Below are positions 40,689-51,084 of a DNA stretch of 64,000 nucleotides, in pieces. Source of the DNA: Haliotis cracherodii. Its lineage: Eukaryota. Location: the NCBI RefSeq assembly GCF_022045235.1, contig NW_027266341.1:53320001-53384000 (forward strand). The letters are read 5' to 3'. The position numbers and the translations under genes were made by a program. The notes beneath the pieces are model-generated. The model saw only the letters and a program-made list of their open reading frames with translations. It was not told where the DNA came from and did no database searches. Numbering within the stretch: the first letter of the stretch is position 1; every line of letters starts with the position of its first letter.

Positions 40689-42901
40689 CGCCCGACGCTA
40701 TAATGTACGAACAGGTTTCATCTGAGAACCACATGCCAAGTTTACAATCTAACATTTTCAGTTATGACAATTGCAAATGGCGGCCGCCATCTTCAGTCCC
40801 GATACTGCTGCCTAACAACGACCAATTTCACGTCTAATTTAGCATGTTAATACTGTTAAGTGGAATAATTGTGATCTTAAATACCTTGAATGTGAAGCCT
40901 TGTATTCATCTTGGAAGAAGACACACTTGGAATGATACAGCAGTGAGCGAAACGTAGAGGTCAGCGGAGCAAAAGCGATCGTTTTTCTGTTGAAAACAGA
41001 AGGGACGTCGATAACGGCAACGGTAACTACGTTACGGAGTTCGAGGAGTCAGAACGAGGCTCATCGCCAGCTTCCGGCGTGGTAAAGCCTAATGGCATTG
41101 CCAAGGGTGAAAACTGCCGGGTTTATTTCGTCTGAACACCGGGATTAAGTTGTATCTTACAACTGAAACGTTGCCTACATCAGTTCAGAGTTTGAAAAAA
41201 ATGTGCAGGTGAAACTAGGTGTTTTTCGTGCCTCCATTACTCAAAACAGGGTGAATTTTGTTCACTTTGATATGGACATTAACCTTAAACGTTTGCTAGG
41301 CCGAATAGCGATACCACATAACGACCCTCTATTATACTAACCTTCACAATACCTTTTACATTCGACAAACTGACACGGGCTAGCAGGCTAGTAAGAATGC
41401 ACATCTCTGATAATCCATGTGGGATTTGGGAATTATTCCCTATCCTACAGGGATAAAATAAAAGTTAAATGGTACTGGTATTTTCCAACGTGTGCAGCGA
41501 CAGTTCTTATTTGGTTTGATTTCTAATCTGGAAACACGATGACCACAGAAAATAGCTAATAGGAGAGAAAGATAAATGACAAGCATATTGGTTTTTACTA
41601 CACTAGGCCTGAGGGGCCGACCATTTCATGTTCCTTTGGAAGGGGGAGTGGGCGACGTTGGATTTTGTATGGAGACTAGATATTTTTCAGCTGCAAATGC
41701 AAAATCAGTTATAAAGAATGAGCCTAAATAAAACATTTTTCAAAAACCCACCTTGCAACAACGCATTTTTGGTGGCCGACATGTTCTTTTTGTCCAACAT
41801 ATGGAAGCCTAATTAGTTTTCAATCAACTTTGGAGACAATATATTTTTTTTCTGAAAAAATCCTAGCCACCCACACACTCACAGTCAGAGAAATCCTATT
41901 GACCGTCCCATTTTGGAAACCTTGATGTGGACGTACAGGGGTAGAATTCAGACCCCTTGTATCATTTAGGTATTTTTGTAGAATGCCAGATACGAATATT
42001 ACGTCATATATATATATATTAATCTACTCTTGCATACGAGTAGGTGTCAATATAGGCTTTCTACTTGCGCCTGGCCTCGGCCTATGTATAAAAGCATGCC
42101 CTCTGCAATTTCTGAAGACCACGGGCCAAAAGACAAGCAGTGAGGTGAGGAGACGAGTGGAATCCAATATTGACTGAGGCGAAGGGAGATCACTCTCAAC
42201 CCCTTGTCCGACTACTGCTATTAGTTGGGTGAAGTGCTCGTAATATATCCCATGTGGCGACACTTGTGTTTTAGAGAAGAAAGGCAATTCTCGATTCGCA
42301 CTCCTTTAAAAGGAAGCCACGATTATTGTTACATTAGAAACGATTAGCTATTATATTGGAATATAAAATTTATTCCAGATAACAAAGTATCAGAGAGCTG
42401 TCCTCAGAGAATAGCCCGTGTCACAATTGTCGCCACATAAACATTTAGAAGTGTCTGATCTTAAGGTAACCCCACCTATTTAGAAATCTTCTGCTAAGTG
42501 CAGATCATGAAATTGGGACACAGCAGCACAGCAATATAGAGGCAGCATTCACTTTTTAACAATATCCATATGAATTTATGTCACATGTTCGGAAATCTTG
42601 AGGATTTGGCCAATATTGCGATGCTGCTGTCGCCCATATATTATTAGCTGTAAGGAAGAAACACTGTAGAGAAAACAGACGACTTGTGTATACATTACAG
42701 AAACATTTATTCAGATGACCGAAAGTCGAAAGTAATATGCCTCAAGGGAGATCCAAAAACGGGCCAAAATTGTATAGAAAGTATGGTCTTGTGCCATGCT
42801 AATAAACCAAGAGGTTTGCCGAAAGGAAACTGAAGGTCGGGCCAAAACAGTGAGCCTAAAAATACGCCAAAAATACGCTAAGAGCGGGTATATGGAATGG
42901 T

Positions 42902-42978
<77 letters not shown>

Positions 42979-43429
42979 CATGTATGCTCGTTCATTTACT
43001 CTAACTCTCACCTCTAACATACATACACTCTCCCTCTCATACATACAAACATACAAACACACATTATTATGCATACATGCTCATTCACTCTCTCACACTC
43101 ACACGCAAATACACACACATACATGCATACAGACAGAAACAGACAGACATGCCAATTCAATATTTCATTTACTCTCACACACACGCACACATTACACACA
43201 CACACAAACATACATATTCACTCAGTCTCTCTTTCTCACACACATATACATACACACACATGCATGGTCATTCAAACTTATATTTACACTCACACAAACG
43301 CACACATACATACATACATACATACATACATACATACATACATACATACATACATACATACATACATACATACATACATACATACATTCACTCACTTGCA
43401 CACATTCAGACATTAAAAGGATAAGGAGT

Positions 43430-44193
43430 CTAAGAGAAGATCTTCCTAAAGAAGGCAGCCGCTCTCGTCAGCGCCTTTCTAAGGGGATGAATCTCTCTGT
43501 CATCCACAAAGCTGTGATCGTCGTCGTCCTCGTACACCCAGTAGTCACTGTCATCGTCGTCACTTGGGGCAGGATAGTAAGCGGCGTGGTTGATGGTGAC
43601 ACGGGCGGGGAGCGTCTCACCGTAGACAGGGCGGGCCCAGAACGGAGTGAAGACGCTCAGGGGGTCGGGACAACGGGAAGGGGACACAGCCAGGGAACGC
43701 TACACATCGAGGGGTGGAGGGAGGGACAAAGGAAGTCAAGTCAGACAGAAATACGGGATACTTTTGCATAGAAAACGAATCACACTTTATTATAGGGACT
43801 GGGCAGACTTAATGTGCAACAAATCAGCTATACTAGACGGAAGAACTTATAGGGTGGGCAAGTAAAACTACATACACAGTCGGACTCCTCATCCTGAGAC
43901 GGCCACAAACTCACAGCTGCAGGAGTGCCATAATAGCGAATTATGTCCTCCCGAGCTGAAAAAGAAAAACGAAAGCTAGCCTCAGTTAAATGTACGCCGA
44001 CGGCTACGTTCAAAAAATCACAATTCATGACTTCTGACAGCTACAGTATGACACTCGACCTCGGCCCTTTGACACCTCGAAGTCCAAGTGTATGTAGGGT
44101 TACAGGCTGTGCTGCAAGACGACATTTAACCAATAAAATGGGCCAAACAGCTCCCTTTCACGGAAAACGGGTTATCTTACATCTGTACAACAT
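43430..44193 (-). CDS. Array orphan gene copy 13 (3 exons; P>R variant)
   Basis: As copy 1; one non-synonymous (PAPV>PARV) and two synonymous (Asp, Ala) changes. Confidence 0.65.
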
Positions 44194-46370
44194 CGCCCGA
44201 CGCTATAATGTACGAACAGGTTTCATCTGAGAACCACATGCCAAGTTTACAATCTAACATTTTCAGTTATGACAATTGCAAATGGCGGCCGCCATCTTCA
44301 GTCCCGATACTGCTGCTTAACAACGACCAATTTCACGTCTAATTTAGCATGTTAATACTGTTAAGTGGAATAATTGTGATCTTAAATACCTTGAATGTGA
44401 AGCCTTGTATTCATCTTGGAAGAAGACACACTTGGAATGATACAGCAGTGAGCGAAACGTAGAGGTCAGCGGAGCAAAAGCGATCGTTTTTCTGTTGAAA
44501 ACAGAAGGGACGTCGATAACGGCAACGGTAACTACGTTACGGAGTTCGAGGAGTCAGAACGAGGCTCATCGCCAGCTTCCGGCGTGGTAAAGCCTAATGG
44601 CATTGCCAAGGGTGAAAACTGCCGGGTTTATTTCGTCTGAACACCGGGATTAAGTTGTATCTTACAACTGAAACGTTGCCTACATCAGTTTCAAAACATT
44701 GTGCAGGTGAAACTGGGTGTTTTTCGCGCCTCCATTACTCGAAACAGGGTGAATTTTGTTCACTTTGATATGGATCATCTCTTGTAGACATTAACCTTAA
44801 ACGTTTGCTAGGCCGAATAGCGATACCATATAACGACCCTCTATTATACCAGCCTTCACAATACCTTTTACATTCGACAGACTGACACGGGCTAGCAGGC
44901 TAGTAAGAATGCCCATCTCTGATAATCCAAGTGGGATTGGGGAATTATTCCCTAGCCTACAGGGATAAAATAAAAGTTAAATGGTACTGGTAAATACCAA
45001 CGTGTGCAGCGACAGTTCTTATTTGGTTTGATTTCTAATCTGGAAACACGATGACCACAGAAAATAGCTAATAGGAGAGAAAGATAAATGACAAGCATAT
45101 TGGTTATTACTATACTAGACCTAAGGGGCCGACCATTTCATGTTCTGTTGGAAGGGGGAGTGGGCGACCTTGGATTTTGTATGGAGACTAGATATTTTTC
45201 AGCTTCAAATGCAAAATCAGCTAAAATTATGAGCCTAAATAAAACATTTTTCAAAATCCCACCTTGCAACAACGTATTTTTGGTGGCTGACATGTTCTTT
45301 TTGTCCAACAGATGGAAGCCTAATTAGTTTTCAATCAATTTCGGAGACAATATATTTATTTTCTGAAAAAATCCTAGCCACCCACACACTAACAGTCAGA
45401 GAAATCCTATTGACCGTCCCATTTTAAAAACGCTGATGTGGACATACAGAGGTAGAATTCAGTCTCCTTGTATTATTTAGGTATTATTGTAGAATGCAAG
45501 ATACGAATATTACGTCATATATATATACATCAATCTACTCTTGCATACGAGTAGGTGTCAGTATAGGCTTTCTACTTGCGCCTGGCCTCGGCCTATGTAT
45601 AAAAGCATGCCCTCTGCAATATCTGAAGACCACGGGCCAAAGGAACAGCAGTGAGGTCGACTCCTGTAAAGCCTCAATGATGAGACGAGTGGAATCCAAT
45701 ATTGACTGGAGCGAAGGGAGATCACTCTCAATCCCTTGTCCGACTACTGCTATTAGTTGGGTGAAGTGCTCGTAATATATCCCATGTGGCGACACTTGTG
45801 TTTTAGAGAAGGCAATTCTCGATTCGCACTCCTTTAAAAGGAAGCCACAATTATTATTGTTACATTAGAAACGATGAGCTATTATATTGGAATAAAAAAA
45901 TTATTCCAGATAACAAAGTGTCAGAGAGCTGTCCTCAGAGAATATCCCGTGTCACAATTGTCGCCACATAAACATTTAGAAGTGTCTGATCTTAAGGTAA
46001 CCCCACCTACTTAGAAATCTTCTGCTAAGTGCAGATCATGAAACTGGGACACAGCAGCACAGCAATATAGGGACAACATTCACTTTTTAACAATATCCAT
46101 ATGAATTTATGTCTCATGTTCGGAAACCCTGGGATTTGGGCAGATGCCNNNNNNNNNNNNNNNNNNNNNNNNNNNNNNNNNNNNNNNNNNNNNNNNNNNN
46201 NNNNNNNNNNNNNNNNNNNNNNNNNNNNNNNNNNNNNNNNNNNNNNNNNNNNNNNNNNNNNNNNNNNNNNNNNNNNNNNNNNTACTCTCACACAAACGCA
46301 CACATACATACAAACCTGCTTATTCATTCACTCACTTGCACACATTCAGACATTAAAAGGATAAAGGAGT

Positions 46371-46897
46371 CTAAGAGAAGATCTTCCTAAAGAAGGCAGC
46401 CGCTCTCGTCAGCGCCTTTCTAAAGGGATGAATCTCTCTGTCATCCACAAAGCTGTGGTCGTCCTCGTCCTCGTACACCCAGTAGTCACTGTCATCATCG
46501 TCACTTGGGGCAGGGTAGTAATCAGCGTGGTTGATGGTGACGGGGGCGGGGAGCGTCTCACCGTAGATAGGGCGGGCCCAGAACGGAGTGAAGACGCTCA
46601 GGGGGTCGGGACAACGGGAAGGGGACACAGCCAGGGAACGCTACACATCGAGGGGGTGGAGGGAGGGACAAAGGAAGTCAGGTCAGACAGAAATACGGGA
46701 TACTTTTGCAAAGAAAACGAATCACAGTTTATTATAGGGACTGGGCAGACTTAATGTGCAACAAATCAGCTATACTAGACGGAAGAACTTATAGGGTGGG
46801 CATGTAAATCTACATACACTGTCGGACTCCTCATCCTGAGACGGCCACAAACTCACAGCCGCAGGAGTGCCATAATAGCGAATTATGTCCTCCCGAG
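46371..46897 (-). pseudogene. 5'-truncated diverged copy 14 of the array gene (exons 2 and 3 only)
   Basis: Exon 3 ORF is intact, with V>I, A>D, D>E and L>F plus four synonymous changes. The exon 2 acceptor is retained. Exon 1 and the promoter are absent, replaced by TEP-pseudogene sequence after 46943. Confidence 0.7.
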
Positions 46898-47009
46898 CTG
46901 AAAAGAAATACGAAAGCTAGGCTCAGTTAAATGTACGCCGACGATACGATTAAGGATACGATTAAGGATGGCGAACAGGCGTGAGGTGCAAAAGGAAATG
47001 AGCTCTAAC

Positions 47010-48296
47010 CTTATCTGTGGTGATGTCATTGCCGGACTTGAGAAGAAGAACACTTTGGTCGACAGCCAGGAGGTTAACAGATGACACTAGGATCAGCGTT
47101 GACCAACACTGAAACTAAGATGTTGGCAACAACCTCCCCCGATGCCTTGATGTAGTAGGCGATGATGTGAGCTGTTGGGGCCATTAGGGCAGAGATGGGG
47201 ACATTGAAGTGGACAGGATTCTGCCCGCCAACAGTAACTTGATCAGTGATGTCAACAGTACCCCGGGATAACACCTACAAAGAAGAGACTTATAGGTTTC
47301 ATCATTTGTTGGCACAAGGGGATGACGTTTCAGCTTTATAAGGGCAGTGGCTCTCTGGGGGTACTGACGACAGACGACCGATAACGGACAACGCTTGCGG
47401 ACAAACACGTCATGATACGAGCTCACGTTTAGTCAGGTTAGCTAAAGATACACTAGAAGTGCTACACGAGAGTCAATCACAATTATCTCAGTATTATATT
47501 TTACCTTCAGTAAAGTCCCCATTAGCCATCACTACGGGAATTCTAAAAGAGTTGGTGTAGTCGTTCCATATGCGTTGCAGTTTCCACTTGCACATGGACG
47601 TTGTTGGTGGTGTTGAGGATGTCAATGCTGACGTTGAAGGGCATCCCACGTTGCAGATACTTGGAGGACGTTATCAGATACGAACCTCCAGAACTAGAGG
47701 AACAGTAAAAGTGTACCATTTGTTAAAAGATACTGATTATTCTGTGGCGTTGACTTTTCATTACATATATGTTTACATGTATATAGTAGTGAGTGAGTTG
47801 TATTTAACGCCCCTTTTAACAGTATTCCAGTTATATCGCGGCGTGTCAGCTTAATGTGGAAGGAAAGCCCGAAGTGATGCAGGTCTCAGACGTTTACCAC
47901 TTCGGTGAAACCAACGAGCATGGATATGGTGCTGACAAACCTAGAAACATGATCGGGGCGAAGCGGGATTCGAACCTACAATCCTAGGTTTCTGGCGTGC
48001 CAAGGGACGCAACTCTGTACAGCGAATCGCGGCGCCTTAGACGACTGGGCCACCCTTGCCCCCCATTGTATATAGTAAATAAGGTTACTTAATATATATT
48101 AATGAAGACGCTGCCTTTGAAACATATGAATTTGCTTGATGAATTCATTTTAGTCCATATGAGTCAGTTATAAAATTCAGACGCTTATTGATATTCTGCT
48201 GAAAGTGGTAATACTCATTAAAGATTACTTTCTAAACAAGCCCTACCTGTCGGCCGTGGTGAATCCTACACAGACTACAAAAAGGAGCCACAACAT
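47010..48296 (-). pseudogene. Thioester-containing protein (CD109/alpha-2-macroglobulin/TEP family) pseudogene fragment; exons 48296..48247 (signal peptide), 47693..47505 (MG1), 47274..47010 (A2M bait-region-domain-like, internally deleted)
   Basis: Translation MLWLLFVVCVGFTTAD|SSGGSYLITSSKYLQRGMPFNVSIDILN..., then VLSRGTV...FNVPISALMAPTAHIIAYYIKASGEVVAN...ADP / SSVNLLAVDQSVLLLKSGNDIT, which are typical CD109/TEP motifs. Splice sites are canonical. Exons 2 and 3 each have a +1 frameshift. The intervening MG-domain exons and the whole C-terminal part are missing. Confidence 0.85.
47789..48066 (-). mobile_element. Full-length tRNA-derived SINE (tRNA-Leu-like head), family A
   Basis: Minus-strand A box TGGCCCAGTCGTCTAAGGCG, B box GGTTCGAATCC, (ACTC)n tail; 11-bp TSD tgtatatagta at 47778-47788 and 48067-48077. 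Confidence 0.85.
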
Positions 48297-48662
48297 GGTG
48301 ATCTGAAAATTGAAAACAGAATGTCATCAAATAATCAGGAACTCTGAACACTAAAAGGTTAATAAAGAACCCCAACCTTAGTCGTAGTCGTACAGAAGCA
48401 TGTTCCAAAGAAAATGGAGGGAATAGATTCAATAATTCAATAAAACACTCGCGAATCATTGTAATCTGACTAACCAGATGTTTACGAGATAGGACAACCT
48501 GTCCCGCATTTGTCATGCAGAATGAACGGGTTCGGTGTGCAGTTGGTAACAGTATAACTGCACAAAACCAGAAAACAGATCTGTCCTGGTGTCAACCTCA
48601 TTCTCAAAGGTTGGCTCTGTCAGGTTGACCGACATTTGAGAAAGTCATTCACATATTAAGAT

Positions 48663-48904
48663 ACTCGCAAAGATCCGGGTTATAACAAGTCCTCGGCAAC
48701 CCATTCTTGTCGTAAGAGGCGAATTTGCTTGTCAGAAGGGGTGGTGGTCAGGCTGGGTGACTTGGTTGATGCATGTCATCGTAACTCAGGTGCTACGTTC
48801 GCTGTTCATGATGTCAATCACTGAATTGTTTGTGACTCGATTATTAGTGCCATCATGTAGCTGGAATATGGCTGAGTGCGGCGTTAAACCATAAACAAAC
48901 AAAC
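48663..48904 (+). mobile_element. SINE-like repeat, family C (GTCGTAAGAGGCGACTAA core, (CAAA)n tail), diverged
   Basis: Similar to the copies at 53009, 60844 and 61839. Confidence 0.75.
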
Positions 48905-49198
48905 ACATTAAGGAGTCATTTGGACCGATGAACATTGGATGCTAAATAAATGGTGTTCGAGAATAATATTCATGCAAACAAATCTGAAAGTGAGAAACGT
49001 TTTAAATGTTATCTGATAAACAGATTGCACATGCACAATTCATTCCTTATCAGCAATGAGTTCACGTCTTCCACTGGTGGAGCCTGTTTAGTGCACATGA
49101 CAATGTAATCACAAAATTATCTGACATATAGAACAGCTTCTGTTACTTGCTAAGCAGATTGCGGAGTTGAGATCCTAAAAGCAACATTTTAGAAATGA

Positions 49199-49422
49199 TT
49201 TGGTTGGTTGGTTTGTTGTTTAACGCCGCACTCAGCAATATTCCAGCTATGTGACGGCGGTCTGTAAATAATCGAGTCTGGACCAGACATTCCAGTGATT
49301 CATGTTATGAGCATCGATCCACGCAATTGAGATCGATGACATATATCAACCAAGTCAGCGAGCCTGACCCACGATCCCGTAAGTCGCCTCTTACGACAAG
49401 CATAGTCGCCTTTTACCGCAAG
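49199..49422 (-). mobile_element. SINE-like repeat, family C
   Basis: Reverse complement of family C (agtcgcctcttacgacaagcatagtcgcc; tail ttggttggttgg). Confidence 0.8.
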
Positions 49423-50056
49423 GAAAGTTGACCATTGGAAACTTGAAGTCACCCCTCTAGTCATACAGACTTTGTGAATATGTTTTGTCATTATTAATCA
49501 CTACAAAACTACAATGATTCCATCAGGAGTATGATGTCTATGGCCTGTCCTACGTCGAAGAAACATTAGGACTGTCCCTAGAATTTGTGATTGTGCAAGT
49601 ACAACATTGAGGTGCAAAGGGCATACATATTTTACTTTTGTTCACAATGAACCCATGTTAAAGATTACATGTACATTACCAAGATTGCTTAACATCAGTT
49701 TCGGTAACTCCAAGAAACGCCCACGCATTGATTAGTTATAATCACATTAAACCTAAATTGTTGTGCATTTACTTTGTGATTTCCATCCAAGGCCACACGT
49801 CAAGTTACGTCAATAACTTCAAAGACAGCTCTTCTGAGATGTTGTCTGATGTTATTATACCCAGAGCATTTAATAAGGTAGTCTTCCACACTTTCAGGTG
49901 TCTCCAAATTGCAATTGCCATATTTAGAAGTGGCAAATTTTATAACCAAATTTAACAGAGGTTCTACGTTTGGGCATATGTCGCGGGTAGTGCTAGCATC
50001 CCTCAAATGTTGAAAAGAGGTATATGGTTTAACATTAAAAAAAATTATGATTATTT

Positions 50057-50207
50057 TTTGTTTAACGCCGCAATATTCTAGTTATATAACCCAGTCTGGA
50101 CCAGCCAATCCAGTGAATGATATCATGAGCATCGGTCCACGCAATTGGGATACGAGGACATGCATCAACCAAGTTAGCGACCCTGAATACCCGATCTCGT
50201 TAGTCGC
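50057..50207 (-). mobile_element. Partial SINE-like repeat, family C
   Basis: tttaacgccgc...gtctggaccag...cgcaattgggatacga...ttagtcgc. Confidence 0.65.
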
Positions 50208-51084
50208 TGGTCGTTTGTCATGGTTTTTTAATAGTATTTATCCCCCACCCTACCCGACACCACCCAACCCGATCCCCTTAATTCGACATTGCTATAAGTA
50301 TTGTGTACGACCTATTCTATCGGAGAATATCCTCGCGACAATTATTTAAATCCAATCTCTTAGTTTCCACAAACCACCAACGTTGATACGACAGCGTTTT
50401 AGCGATTTCATATATTTGCAAATATATGGTTCTAAATACTTGAATAGAATTATATTAAATTCTGATGAAATAGGTTTTAACTGCGTATATACGACAACCT
50501 TAAGTATACACACAACAAAGGCAATAAACAGCGTATGTAGTTTTCACAACATGGGATATAAACAGTATATTGATACATCCAAGCCAATGCAGGGTATATA
50601 TAAAGTGTATTAGCATACCCAGACGAACCAGGTGTCTTGCCCTTGCCCGAACATATAATCGGCATAAGTTGTAGACCTGACTTGAGTAGCAGGTTTACCG
50701 TCCACGCTACCCGTCACGTCAACCCGGGTAGACCTCACAGTGAAGGGTCGACTGGCACTGAGCGATTAACGAGGATTAAACTGAAAGCGCTTTAGTTGGA
50801 GAGCGTGAATGGGCTAATATAGGACAACTGAAAGCGGTTTACGAGTGGCGTGTCACAATGACAACAGTTAGGGGGTATGTGCGGAGATACTAACACGGAC
50901 CGCGGTGCACGTAACAAGCTTGGTGACGGTCCAGGTGGGTAGCAGACGACAATTGCAGCAGACGACAAATGCAGTAGTGATTCTAGCACAACATTTTCGT
51001 TATTCACAGAGGATATACGACACTCATTCTGGATTATATATACCTCTACTGTGAATTTTACCCAAGCATTTGTGAATTGGCAAT

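Larger units (their letters stand above)
1..46943. repeat. Tandem macrosatellite array, ~3.46-3.58 kb unit, 13 full copies plus a diverged truncated 14th; continues off the left edge
   Basis: The same ORF stop recurs at 1067, 4604, 8130, 11613, 15190, 18748, 22310, 25870, 29339, 32795, 36360, 39925, 43430 and 46371. Units differ mainly in microsatellite length and scattered SNPs. Homology ends at ...aaatgtacgccgacg (46943). Confidence 0.98.

Noticed and set aside
1-46943. rDNA, 5S, snRNA or histone cluster, or CRISPR array, as the explanation of the tandem array
   Set aside because: No recognisable rRNA, snRNA, tRNA or histone sequence is in the unit; there is no short repeat-spacer structure; the context is eukaryotic.
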